DNA of 57,015 nucleotides from Batkoa obscura (Eukaryota): NCBI GenBank assembly GCA_030770535.1, contig JASVEC010000104.1, positions 1 to 57,015 of the forward strand, read 5' to 3'. Shown piece by piece: positions 39,168 to 51,607 of this stretch (position 1 is its first letter; each line of letters starts with the position of its first letter). The notes under the pieces were generated by a model. It saw only the letters and a program-made list of their open reading frames with translations, ran no database searches and was not told where the DNA came from. The position numbers and the translations under genes were made by a program.

Positions 39168-39779
39168 CTAATTAACGTAAGACATAATCTTATTAACAAA
39201 TCTTTTAAATTTAGGTTGATTTCTGATACCAAGGGAAGGATTGATAGTAATTTCAGGAGTACTTTCGCCAGAATCCCTCATTTTATTTGCTGGTACTTTT
39301 CCTGATTGATCAATCTTTGGGAATAATTGTTTAGCAAACTCTACCATACCTGGGTTACTATCTACGTAATTATGAACGAATCTAAGAGATAAATCTTCCT
39401 CTTTTTGAGCCTTTGATTCTCTTTTTTGATCAACAACTTCTTTCTTTTCAATATTAAGTTCCCTTTTTGTGTTAATGATGTCTTTCTTTGATTTGTCAAT
39501 ATCAGGAAATAGTTGTTTAGCAAAGTTAATCGTGCTTGGATTATTTTTGACATAGTTACGTACAAATTTAAGTGACAATGCTTCCTCTTTTTCTTCTGCT
39601 TTAACTTCTTTAGGCTCTTCGATCCTTTTTTCATCCTTTGTGACAATCCTTTTACTGGTTTCCAAACTAGGTGCTTGTGTTTTCTTTTGGAAGACATGGC
39701 GCAATTCTCTACGTATATCGAAGCTGGATACTAACGCAATACATGCTATCAGTAATACACAATAGCTAAATACTCTCAT
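39168..39779 (-). CDS. Secreted repeat-containing precursor with multiple dibasic (Kex2-type) sites
   Basis: Signal peptide MRVFSYCVLLIACIALVSS, several KR/RR sites and two ~35-aa internal repeats (LSL.FV.NYV..NP....FAKQLFP.ID.S). Confidence 0.8.
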   Translation of the reverse strand: MRVFSYCVLLIACIALVSSFDIRRELRHVFQKKTQAPSLETSKRIVTKDEKRIEEPKEVKAEEKEEALSLKFVRNYVKNNPSTINFAKQLFPDIDKSKKDIINTKRELNIEKKEVVDQKRESKAQKEEDLSLRFVHNYVDSNPGMVEFAKQLFPKIDQSGKVPANKMRDSGESTPEITINPSLGIRNQPKFKRFVNKIMSYVN

Positions 39780-40899
39780 GTTGCTTGTTTATATGCTAAT
39801 AAGATTAAAAGTTTAATAGATTCAAGTTTTTTAAAGTCAAACTGTTTATTAAGGGTTATTTCTTTTTTATAAACTTTAATTACGGAGTAATTGAAGGATC
39901 TTTATTTTTCTCCGTTTGAAGTTTTTCCTTTTTATTGGCCATTTTAGAAATTATCTTTTTACTTTGTTCAGTTTATAGATGCATTAAAGGAACATTATCT
40001 GAACTCATAAGGTTATAATCATAAATCAATACATCTGATATGTTGAAGCTATAAGGAAATTTATATCAGTTTACTTTTCAAGTTCATAATGCACATTGCT
40101 TTAAATTTTATTTTAATTATTATAAATTATACTATTATTGATGAATAAATTTTTTAGGCTTAGATTGGTCTATGAGAAATGTTTAAAGTTTTGAAATAAC
40201 CAATTAATCCCCAATGATTTATTTGTATAAAAAAATCAAAGTTTACAATAAAGGAGCATATAAGATAAACGGGTATCAATGTAAGAGATTAAAAGGTTTT
40301 CAAAGTGATACAATGACAAGAGCCTTATCTTATTGTGCTTTTATAAATATCTTAATGGCAGAAGAGTAGTAATAGTTGATTTATTAATACTAAATGGATA
40401 TATAATAATGATAAATAAACCATAAATTAAAAAATAATAACCAAATTTATATGCAAAATAAAAATAAAAACGATATAATCCTAAGGGCGGTATAACACAT
40501 ACAGATCCTTTACAGTATTTTTTGATCAGCTAAATAGTCATTATCACATGGCATTATCTAGGGAATTAATTAAATATATATTTTTGCTTTATCTCATATC
40601 ATATTTTACAAACACTACATATACTTTCATTGTTGCTATTAAAATTATAAAATTTGTTAAGTCTATCGTGTTTTTTATTATCCCAATCTTCGAAATTTAT
40701 TTATTGTCTCTTATTTATGAGGATATGAGGTTTTATCTAACTTAAACAGTCCCCTCAAATTTACCAGATTTTTATATTTTAAAGTATTAAAAAAAGGAGT
40801 AAAGGTTTTTATTAAATGCCCTTTATCCTCTTATCACCTGGTATCCCCTTGAACTGATATATAGCAACTTTTAGTTCATTTATCTTTAGTTTATTTTTA

Positions 40900-42200
40900 G
40901 TATCTTAAAGGATTTAGACTACCGAGTAGTTTATCGTTGGAGGTAAATAAAAGTATAAAAAACTCAATAATAAGTGAAATGAGAGATAAAGGAATAGCAG
41001 AAGCAAGCTAAGGAAAAGCTGGAAAATTGATCAAGTCAACTTCACCTACTTTAGACCTAGGTAAATTTAATTTGCTAAAGTCAAAATCCACTTCATACAA
41101 CGCAACTTAAGAGTGAAAAAGAGTGAGTATAATATAATTGCCAGAAATTTGGTCATTTGAGGATAATTTGATATAAAAGGAGTGGATCGCTCATAAGCCT
41201 GTAACAATCATAAATGCTTGGAGCAGAGAGAGAAAATAAGAGAAAGAAAAAAGTAACTGAGGATAGCCAGACTCCGAAGATATAAAGGAATAATGAGGGC
41301 AGTTAAGGCAAAGTGCGGCTTTGTTCGAAAATATCTGGATCAAATTGCAAAATACAAACCTGTGGTCAGCTTTTGACTCTATTACGTTACACAAAAGGCA
41401 TTCATTTCTGAAGTCTGGAACAGAATGGGCCAGATCCGCTTTAGTTTCAAAAGTACCCGAGTTAAATATTCATACAAAAGAGATCAATCTAGGGTTAAGA
41501 AATTTAGTGACTGAGAGGGCATGGGGATTAAAGTCAGTGAGGTTTTTAGGCAATAGGAAGTAAAATCAATATGATTTATTTGACACTTGAGGCAATTCAT
41601 CAACGATTTTTTTAAACCAGTACACTGAGAAAGATCCTTTAATGAGTGGACGTCAGCATTTTACCAGATTATTGAAGAAAGGAACCAAATTGGTCTTTCT
41701 AAAGACAAGGCTCTCTTTGGCAAGAAATCCTTTGATTGTTAAAGGGTCATGAATGTGGCTAGATATTAGTTTCTTAATTGGAACCCATATATTAAATTGT
41801 TTAAATAGCCTAATGAATGGTTTAGAAGAGAAATGAGGCTAACAAATACTGGATCCAAAGAGCTCATATCTGATTGTCCTTTAGTAGTAAATAAGTTACC
41901 TAACTTTATATCTGATAGACCAGTGGTGTTCCACATGAAAGAGTTCAGAGCTTTTTTAATTTGTTTGAGAAAATAAGTGGAAACAAAGCTCAAATGTAAA
42001 GGGAACCAAAGTACTGAAAGGGTAGCAGTATTTACTAATAGTTTTAACTTTAATAAAAACATTATTAATTTTATAGTTGGCTGGCTTAGATTCCACTTTA
42101 GAGACCTCAGTTTCTGGTACTGATGCAAAAGTTATACCTTTGGACGAAATCAATATACCCGGATGCTGGATAGTGGCACCAAGACGGGAAAGTCTTTAAT
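40900..42200 (-). mobile_element. Degenerate 5'-truncated non-LTR retrotransposon (L1/Tx1-like LINE) remnant
   Basis: Decayed RT end (IQHPGILIS for YLGI), post-RT segment LKQIKKALNSFMW...LFTTKGQSDMSSLDP (for FlW...L..PK..GGxG.LD) and zf-RVT-like CLLCNVIESKADHRFVFC at 41347-41400. Many stops and frameshifts; boundaries approximate. Confidence 0.7.
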
Positions 42201-42494
42201 TGCTTTCTATTCTAATTAATATAATGCTTTTGCTTTAAAATTTTGGTTACGAGTAGTAATTAAAGCTCTAGATCCCATAAACCAATTATTTCTCTTCTTT
42301 ACCTATCCTTACTTGAACACTTACCCAACTTTCCTTTACCTTTTCTTTGGTATTTTCTTTTACTAAGACATTTGAGAATCTGAATCGTATATGATTTTGA
42401 AAATATCCTAATATTTTTGTACTAAAGTATTTGGCTCTAAGTACTAAGGAGCTCTATTTTTTAAATAAAATCATGTATGCAATTAATTCAATAT

Positions 42495-42591
42495 GGTGAT
42501 TTATTTTATTGCTTAAGGATTCTACCAACAATCTTTACACTCAAATAGCGCTTAAAAAATGGAAAAGTAACAAAGCCAAAAAGACATCCTC
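42495..42591 (+). mobile_element. ~97-bp MITE copy 8
   Basis: GGTGATTT...ACATCCTC, TSD ATAT/ATAT. Confidence 0.85.
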
Positions 42592-42841
42592 ATATGGTGA
42601 TTGGATTTTAAACTTAATCTAGTATTGTAATAAAAAAACCATAAATATACCAATAATTATAAACTACTAGGTAGATAATTTATTGAAGCACAGGTTAGCA
42701 CTATAACTTTTTAGTAGCTCTTTTAGTCTAAATAACATATGGGGATATTTTTTAATAGTTGTAATAAAGTATAAAGAGTAATAAAATTTAACTTTAACAA
42801 TAAATAAAAACAAATAAAATAAAGATATAAATCAATCTAAA

Positions 42842-43526
42842 ATGAACCTCCCAACAATCAATAAAATCAATAATGGACTCACTATATACATGTTCGATAT
42901 ATAAAATGATATCAGAGCTTATCTTGCATGATAATTAGAAGTTATACTCAAAAACATACCTGCAATTTGATTCGTTCATTTCATCTCTAGTTCCTGGCTT
43001 TCCTATTATTTTATATCCTTGGTATCGTTGTTAAATTTTATGCAGACTATAACCTATTTTTTATTTATGACTGAAGGATTAATTTATCTGGTTTTATTAT
43101 TGCTTTATTTTTCACTTTCTTCCCATAATATAGCCAAAAATTAGGAAATATATTGATAGTTTCGCTCTATAGCTATTTAGTATGGGCTATGTTAGCTGTT
43201 TTTGTTAATAACCAAGCGATCGACTTGATAATGACTATGATTTTAAGTACTATAGCTGAAATATTGATTATTCGTTATGGAGAAAAGAATTAATTATTGG
43301 ATATGTTTAGATTAAACATCATTTATTTATACATAGTATTCAATGTATTGTTATTAGTTCAATTGGCTTAGCTGGAAATTTTGATGCTTTAAGGAAGGCT
43401 TTTCTACCAATTTGTATAGTTATAATTCTTTTGAAGATTAGGATATTTGCTTTCTTTGTATATAGAGAAGAAAGATTACGTGAGAAAGAAGAGGAAAGTA
43501 CTAATTTGAAGCATTACCTGGATTAA
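42842..43526 (+). pseudogene. DUF4203-family pseudogene, inverted twin of 49954-50560
   Basis: Ends FAFFVYREERLREKE versus STFFVYKEERLREKV; YLVWAM versus YLIWAM; multiple stops and frameshifts. Confidence 0.75.
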
Positions 43527-44484
43527 AATTTTCTTTATGATCTTTTGTAAATACCACGTTTAGAGTTTTACTCGTAAAAAATTACAAAACTTGTATTTAT
43601 TTATCTTTTATTTTATATTATGTAATGTATCTGTAAAGTAGCTTCTGCAAAATATACGCTACTTGTTTTTTCCACTTATTATATTATTTATTAACAACAT
43701 ACAGACATCAATATAAGTCACAGTGCATATATTAATTGTTAACTATTTTTTAAGATTTTATTAGATTAACCAATAGCTTTCAGTACTATTTATGATTAGG
43801 TTACCCTTACTTTATTAATCTCCATATGGCTTTTATTGTAAATTAAGCTATTTTATTATTATTGTTATTTTACTCTTCTCCAACTAAACATATTAAGATG
43901 GTTCTATTCATTTTAACATTCCAATCTTGTTTTTTGTTTTTTTCATACATAACAGTAATCAATCTAATTCTATTTAGATATCATTTTAGGCTAAAGAGGA
44001 CAAATAGCTATTCTTAGTACTCACTAAATCCTTAATATAAGAAAGGATATAGGTAACACCTTACGTTTAATGTATATTTCACTATACAGCTCACAGTATG
44101 GGTAAAACTAATTATATACTCATTACTCTTTTGAATTTTTTACCTTGTGATTCATTAAAGTATGGACATAAAAATAATAATAAGCATTTACTTTATTTTA
44201 TTTGGTATTTTATTTTTATGATTTTGTATAAAAAATTACTAAATACCTGTACTCAATTATCTTGTACTTAAATATTAAATGAAAACTAATAATCTATTAA
44301 TACTACAAAGCTCTATATTAGCTAACCTATTCACTCCTAAATTAAAAAAAGGAGTACCAAAAAGCTTAAGGGAGAAAAAAAAGTCCAAAGTATAAATATA
44401 ATCAAAATTCAGCTATTTGATTCACTTTTAGAAGAAATATTAAATTGATGACAAAGCAATTTCAAAGTATTCTAATGGTGCGTT

Positions 44485-45151
44485 TAAACAAGCAGAACCT
44501 ATAGATGAAGCAGAGTTATCAAACCATGTCAAAGATACTTAAGAAACAGTTGAAGTAAAAAAGTTTCAAGTTAAGAATATAAATTAGCTGTTATAAGATA
44601 TATAGTAAATTATTAAAAAGCTATTTATATAGTAAAGTATTAACTTTTAAGTTATAAAACAACCATCAAAATAATCATTACATACAATGAAATTACGATA
44701 TACCCAGTTAATTGAAGCTGCCCCAACAAACTTTAAAAAATTTAATGAAGTTACTTTAGAAGTTACTAGTATAAGAGATTGGGAATCATATATAAAATTT
44801 AGATACTTAAACTTATTTATTTAGGTTTGTATGTTAATAAGTAACTCATTCAATTAAGCCTTTATAATTGACTTATTTATTTTTATTGCTTTATATACTC
44901 AAAATAGGTAGAGTTTTGAACATTGAGTTTTTATTCAATTATTGTTTAAAGTAAGGCTGTGTGTGTTACTATAAAAGTAGTTTTAAAACACCCAATCTTA
45001 GTAATTTTAGTTAATAATAAATTATTATATTTTATTAACAAAAGAAACAATTGGGGGTATTTTTTTGCCTTCATCATTTTTTCTATCTTTTAAGTACCAT
45101 TTGAGTGAGAAAATTGTTAATAAAATTCTTAAACATAAAAATACATCCCCA
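44485..45151 (+). repeat. Left arm of a ~670-bp near-perfect inverted duplication (partner 48327-48994)
   Basis: Reverse complement of 48327-48994; I noticed only one single-base indel. Confidence 0.93.
45053..45150 (-). mobile_element. ~97-bp MITE copy 9 (duplicated from copy 11)
   Basis: Reverse complement of 48328-48425; flanks AATT/AGGT, so no TSD. Confidence 0.88.
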
Positions 45152-45258
45152 GGTATAAAACTGATATCCATTATTATTTTTAATACGATGTAAAATACTG
45201 AAATTTATAAAGATTCTTTGATTTTTAACGCTTTTCTATTGTTAATAATACGAAATAT

Positions 45259-45351
45259 AAAGATGTATTTTTGTCTAAAAATTTTACTAACAAATTTTCC
45301 GCTCAAATAGTGCCTAAAAAATGAAAAAAGTAATAAATAAAAAAACACCCC
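45259..45351 (+). mobile_element. ~97-bp MITE copy 10
   Basis: AAAGATGT...ACACCCC with decayed left end; flanks ATAT/ATAA. Confidence 0.78.
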
Positions 45352-45652
45352 ATAAATTGTAATTATGGATAATATTGCTTTGATACAAATTATTATCAAC
45401 TTGAATTATTAAACAGGATTAATGTATTGTAATTAATTATGAAAATTAAAAATCAAAGTGACACTCACTATTAGCAACAGAACAAATTAATTTCAAATTA
45501 TGAAACTTCTAAATAAATCCCAAAAACCAAAAGAACTTGTGTAATAAATTAAATCAATTAATTTGTTACATTACCAAATTGAAAATAAATATTTATGAAA
45601 AATAAAAAATAGTTTAATTTATGGATTATATTATATTATCAAAATATAATTA

Positions 45653-46474
45653 TTAAATGGGGTTATACGCAGGAGTCTTTTTCAAAAGGATATCATGCTG
45701 TGACATAACCTCTGGTTTTCTTTCATAAGTGAATAAGTGATAGATACCGAAAACAACGGTAACTACAATGTATACAGCTAAGGTAGATATGGAAATAATT
45801 TTACTATATTTATCTTCACCTTCAATACCATGTGGACTTAAATAAACAGCACCTGTAAAGATAAGTCGATAGCCATTAGAAAATAAGAAACCACCAGTAA
45901 TAGCCGATGTTAGTACTTCAAACAAACGTTTAAAGAAACCGCATAAAATAGCAACAATAATACCAAGGCCTATTGTTAAACATATAATTGCAATGGGATT
46001 CCCAATAGCAACACCAATAGATAATCCAATCATCATACCACAAGCTAAACCCACTAAAACAATACCCACTTTACCATAAATAGCAGAAATAATACCGACC
46101 AGCAGACCAATACCAAGTGAAGTAGATAAACATATAATAAACTTAGTTCCTATGCCAGCAAACGGATCTTCCATTTCAAATAATTTAGGATCATTTAATA
46201 TAGGCGAAATCTTAGTAAACCAAATAATAGCTGTACCAATCATAGTTGAAATACCGCTAATAACTACTAAACCACCAAAGAAATATAATACTTTAATCAC
46301 TTTTCGATTAAATATTAAAAACATTAATCCAACTAATACTAAAAATACTCCCACTCCTACTAATACCTTGGAATAAGTTGTAAGTATATAATTTAATGTT
46401 TGTGCAAATTTTTCAAATGCCTTTTCCCAATTCGCGCCAACGGCTTCAAGGTTAATATTATTACTATCGCTCAT
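45653..46474 (-). CDS. DUF4203/TMEM198-like multi-pass membrane protein (intronless)
   Basis: 273 aa; KVIKVLYFFGG, GIVLVGLACGMMIG, KRLFEV...GGFLFSNGYRLIFTGAVYL. Confidence 0.88.
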   Translation of the reverse strand: MSDSNNINLEAVGANWEKAFEKFAQTLNYILTTYSKVLVGVGVFLVLVGLMFLIFNRKVIKVLYFFGGLVVISGISTMIGTAIIWFTKISPILNDPKLFEMEDPFAGIGTKFIICLSTSLGIGLLVGIISAIYGKVGIVLVGLACGMMIGLSIGVAIGNPIAIICLTIGLGIIVAILCGFFKRLFEVLTSAITGGFLFSNGYRLIFTGAVYLSPHGIEGEDKYSKIISISTLAVYIVVTVVFGIYHLFTYERKPEVMSQHDILLKKTPAYNPI

Positions 46475-48326
46475 TGCTATTGTTGATTATTATTTATTAC
46501 TTCGGTGCTTCACTCGATTAAAACTTGTTTAAAGTGATTAAAATATAGAAGATTGTCAAAATCTAAAAGATTAAAAAATTGAATGCTTCTTTCGCTATTT
46601 CGTGGGTTTTATATGTTTATTTTTTCTATTAATAATATTCACTATTTTTTGTTACTCTAAATTGGAAATGTAATAAAAAATTTAATTTATTTTTTTACTA
46701 TAATTAGTAATGTTAGAATTTATCCTTAATTTTGATTTGTTTGATTTTTATTTTTTATTGATTTTAAGTTCTTTAAAAAATAGATTATGATTTATTATAA
46801 TTAAAATATATCCCCAATTTTATTTCTATCAACACTCATTATTTACTATTTCCTAGAGTTTATTTTATTCTAATATTTTTAAGTAAATAATTTTTAAAAA
46901 ATCAAAAGTTCCTAAGTTCAGTTCTTATCATAACATTAACCAATAAATACAATAAATTATTGTTATTGAATGTTATGAGTAACTAGAACCAAGTATTAAC
47001 TTATTGAAAATTTATAATAAAGTTTGTGTACTACGTTTATTAACTCATGAATAATAGATCAAAAATCAATTCTAAGGATAGCATTTTAAACAAAATAAAA
47101 CAAAATAAAACAAAAATAAAAATAACCGTAATTTTACAATATGTGAAATCTGATACTCAGTGGTTGAAGTCAAAAGCAGTCCTTGCTTAGTTGATTAGCT
47201 GTAAGTTGAAAGGTCTTAGTTTGTGTGATTAAAGTAGATTTGAATGATGAAGAATAGTATATAACATACTACGAGCCATGTAATATGGTTAGAACAGACA
47301 ATACTACTGTAAAATCTACATAAAATACTATCAGAAAAATTTAGTCACTTTACTAAAGATACGAGATATCAAGAAATAATTCAGTTAGAAAGCCTCGAGT
47401 TACTATGTTCTAAAATCTCTTCTATACTCTGACAAGTATGGATATCAAAACGAGAGGATAATATTCTTTGGGATGAAGTTGGGAATTCTCATAGGAAATC
47501 AAAATAAGAGCATAGGATCGATTGTCTCGGAACTCAAGAACACAACAACTTAAGTGATTATTATGTTGTAATCACTTATGGAGCTGACAAAGCGATATTT
47601 CGCAAATATCAAACAAAATAGCTCATATTCAATATATTAAAAATAGCAATACTAGTTTAAAATTAATTATATCAAACAATATTACTATAATTAATTTAGT
47701 AGTCGTATTAAATGTCTTAATTATTCCTATCTTGATTTCTGATTAAAATTAAGTTTTTCTCCATTTTCTTTGTTTGTGAATAAAGCTTAAGTAGCAGCTA
47801 ATGTAAATTTTATTATGTAAAAAGTATAATCAATAACTTTAAAAATAGCCTTATTATTAGGTTTATTTGAATAAAAAAAGTAAAATCAAGTAAAATTAAA
47901 AAATAAAACTACATAATAAGTTAATAATTTATTCTTTTTTACCCTTACTGGACATTAAATTTTAGACTAGAAATAGTATAAAATTTTATTTGATAAATTT
48001 TATTTTTTTATACTTTTAAATAATGATAAAATAAGCTTAAATGTTTTTATTATATTAGAAAGGTTTTATTAATATTTAAATTAATTATTATAATTTTAAA
48101 ACATTCATTTTTTATATTATAACTTCTTCTATAAATAATCCTAATATGAGACTTTAGGAAATCTTTTTTGATAATAAGCTATTAATTTTTTTTATGTCTT
48201 ATTGAATAATTTTACCTCACTCTGAGCTATTTTTATATGAAAATAAAATAATAACATACAATAATACAAATTCAACCAGCATTTAAGTTCACCTCAAATT
48301 ATATAAGCTATAATCCTTAAATTAAT

Positions 48327-48994
48327 TGGGGATGTATTTTTATGTTTAAGAATTTTATTAACAATTTTCTCACTCAAATGGTACTTAAAAGATAGAAAAA
48401 ATGATGAAGGCAAAAAAATACCCCCAATTGTTTCTTTTGTTAATAAAATATAATAATTTATTACTTAACTAAAATTACTAAGATTGGGTGTTTTAAAACT
48501 ACTTTTATAGTAACACACACAGCCTTACTTTAAACAATAATTGAATAAAAACTCAATGTTCAAAACTCTACCTATTTTGAGTATATAAAGCAATAAAAAT
48601 AAATAAGTCAATTATAAAGGCTTAATTGAATGAGTTACTTATTAACATACAAACCTAAATAAATAAGTTTAAGTATCTAAATTTTATATATGATTCCCAA
48701 TCTCTTATACTAGTAACTTCTAAAGTAACTTCATTAAATTTTTTAAAGTTTGTTGGGGCAGCTTCAATTAACTGGGTATATCGTAATTTCATTGTATGTA
48801 ATGATTATTTTGATGGTTGTTTTATAACTTAAAAGTTAATACTTTACTATATAAATAGCTTTTTAATAATTTACTATATATCTTATAACAGCTAATTTAT
48901 ATTCTTAACTTGAAACTTTTTTACTTCAACTGTTTCTTAAGTATCTTTGACATGGTTTGATAACTCTGCTTCATCTATAGGTTCTGCTTGTTTA
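48327..48994 (-). repeat. Right arm of the ~670-bp inverted duplication
   Basis: Reverse complement of 44485-45151. Confidence 0.93.
48328..48425 (+). mobile_element. ~97-bp MITE copy 11
   Basis: GGGGATGT...ATACCCCC, TSD AATT/AATT. Confidence 0.9.
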
Positions 48995-49788
48995 GGCACA
49001 TCATCTAAGTATGTTGAAATAGATTCCTTTATTGCTAAATTATTATTTTTTTCGTAAAAATAAAATCACAGAGATCTTGAATAACAATTGTATCCTTTAA
49101 TTTGAGTATCTTGTAAAAAAACAGTTTACAGATATTTAAAATTAAAATGAATGAATTAGTTAAAAAGGAGCATTGTCATTTTTAATTTTCTAAAGGGATT
49201 TATTCTTTACTATTCGAACAAACAAAAGAATCTATTTATTCGATTTTATTTAATATTGTGAGTTGTATAGCTGAGTGGATCTCAAAATCGAAACGTTAAT
49301 TACAACTCTTATATACTCTGGACACAGCAAGCATTGAAAATAGTCATCCATTTTTTTTTAGTTTAAATTGACATTTAACTGACAGTTAAATTAATTGTAT
49401 TGAAACCCATAGTTTTGGAATAGTATTATGACCAATATAGTAATAAAACAAGTATTTCTATCAATATAAGTGGGCTGGAGTATGTTAATAAAACCAAAAT
49501 AATAAGTACAATTTTATTTATAGCGTTATGTATATATTAAGGAACAGAATATTTGACTATATAAATGGTACTAAAAAAGGCTCTTTATTTAAATAATAAA
49601 ACTTTTAAATTGACTAATTATTATTTTATGTAATGGGATTTTATTAACTCTATCTATTGCTAACAATTTACATAGTAAGCAAAAGTAAAAAACAATCTTT
49701 TTTTATATAACTTATTAACAAATTGTTATACAAAAAAGAGAATCAAATATAAATATGTAAGTATTATGTATTATATATTAAACTAGAT

Positions 49789-49884
49789 GGGGATGTTTTT
49801 TTTGACTTCACTTTTTCTATTTTTTAAGCGCTATCTGAGTAGAAAAATTATTAGTAAAATTCTTAAACACAAAAATACATCCCC
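49789..49884 (-). mobile_element. ~97-bp MITE copy 12
   Basis: GGGGATGT...ACATCCCC, flanks AGAT/AAAT. Confidence 0.88.
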
Positions 49885-49953
49885 AAATGCTAAATTCATA
49901 GTAAAATCATAATAAAGGCACTAAACCGGATAATCCCTTAACTCAACGCCTTC

Positions 49954-50560
49954 TTACACCTTCTCGCGTAATCTTTCTTCTTTATATACAAAGAAAGTGG
50001 AAATCCCAAGTTTCAAAATAATAGTTACTATATAAACAGGTAAAGAAACCTTATATAAAATACTATATTTTTCTGCTAAGGTAATAGAGCTAAGAACAAT
50101 CAATTGAACGCTATGTATAGACAAATAAGAACCAATCCAGACACAAGCAATAACCAACCCCTTCTCTTCATAATAAATAACTAATACTTCAGTAATAGAA
50201 GTTAAAATAATGATCATTATCAAGCTAATCAATTTATTTGTAACAAAAGCAAAAAACATAGCCCATATTAAATAACCACAAAGTGGGCCAATCAACATGT
50301 TTCCTAGAGCATCACTGCATAATGCAAAGAGAGCAAATAATAAAGATGTAAGTAAAGCAGATAAATTGATTTTCTAATCATTAATATAATACGATACATC
50401 ATCGATATAAGATTTGATTACAATACCAAGTAAAACAATGAAATAATAGAAAAACCAGAAAGTGGAAACAAAGCGGATGAATTTAATAGTAGAAACATTC
50501 TTAATAAGTAGTGATTCCGGTAATCATACAAAATATAGCTAAAATTACTTCGAATATTGA
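49954..50560 (-). pseudogene. DUF4203-family probable pseudogene
   Basis: Homologous hydrophobic sequence (NVSTIKFIRFVSTFWFF) continues upstream of the 114-aa ORF but is cut by a TAG at 50374-50376 and a frameshift near 50505; 5' end approximate. Confidence 0.7.
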
Positions 50561-51040
50561 ATTTGAGTACGCTACTACTTTAATCTTTTCAATTAACTAA
50601 TTTGTTTGTTTTGTTGAATATTAAATACTGATGCTATCTATACTTTATGTTGGAGGTTTTAAGTTAAGTAATAGCTATAATCTATCTAAATTAAATAACT
50701 ACTAATAAATTTAACATGTATTAATTACTATTTGATAATTAAATGTTACAATAAGATTTTTTAATATTGTTTTGATCATATTAAATAGTAACATTCTAAA
50801 CTAAAGGTTATAATAAAATGTCTATTTATTAAATTCAATTACTATTTTAATCTCATTCAAAGATTCTTTAAACCATGATGTTCTTGAATATTAAGAACCA
50901 ATAACTTTTGTATAACAATTTGAATGTCAAATTATTATAAACAATTGAAACATCAATCAAACGTTTATAATACTTTAAAGCTAAAAAGAAGAATTCTAAG
51001 TTCCAAATAATAAAAATACTAACATTAAGTTTCTAAAAAT

Positions 51041-51112
51041 GGGCTCAGCTGGGAATTGAACCCAGGGCCTCTCGCACCCAAAGCGAGAATCATACCACTA
51101 GACCACTAAGCC
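51041..51112 (-). tRNA. tRNA-Pro (anticodon TGG), intronless
   Basis: GGCTTAGTGGTCTAGTGGTATGATTCTCGCTTTGGGTGCGAGAGGCCCTGGGTTCAATTCCCAGCTGAGCCC folds as a cloverleaf with A box, GTTCAA B box and a downstream T5 terminator. Confidence 0.97.
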
Positions 51113-51474
51113 TTATAAAAGGATTATTTTTAATATATATAAATCTAATATCGCAAATCCTTATGTTTTATATTTAAATCCTAAATCCTAAATCCTTTTA
51201 TAATATTATTTGATAAGTATGTTAAGAGAAAAGGGTGCAAGGTAATTAGATGCATTTATCTATTATAAGATTATTTCAAATATAAGTTATGTGTTTAAAA
51301 ATAGATAGGATTTTAAAGACCATAAATTTTGAGTACCCAGCTATCATCAAAACTTTTTGTAGCTAACATTATATATAAAGATTTTATAATATTAAGTCAC
51401 ATACATAGGTGATATTAGACAAATAAAAAGCCATTTGGGTCAATTTTTAAAATATATAAAAACTTAAATAATAT

Positions 51475-51568
51475 GAGAATGTATTTATTTAAGAATTTTA
51501 CTAACAATTTTTTCATTTGGATAGCATCTAAGAAATGGAAAAAGTGATGAAACTAGAAAAACGCCCCC
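51475..51568 (+). mobile_element. ~97-bp MITE copy 13
   Basis: GAGAATGT...ACGCCCCC, flanks ATAT/AATT; lies 40 bp past the stop codon of the 51608-52414 gene. Confidence 0.78.
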
Positions 51569-51607
51569 AATTGTGTCTTAGAAAAATACATACTTGGTTA
51601 ATCGATA

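Noticed and set aside
47140..47620. GC-richer island that looks like decayed coding or TE sequence
   Set aside because: No recognisable motif in the frames I read; cannot be assigned without a search.
51174..51196. (TAAATCC)3 as an interstitial telomere-like repeat
   Set aside because: Only three units and not a canonical telomere motif; likely slippage.
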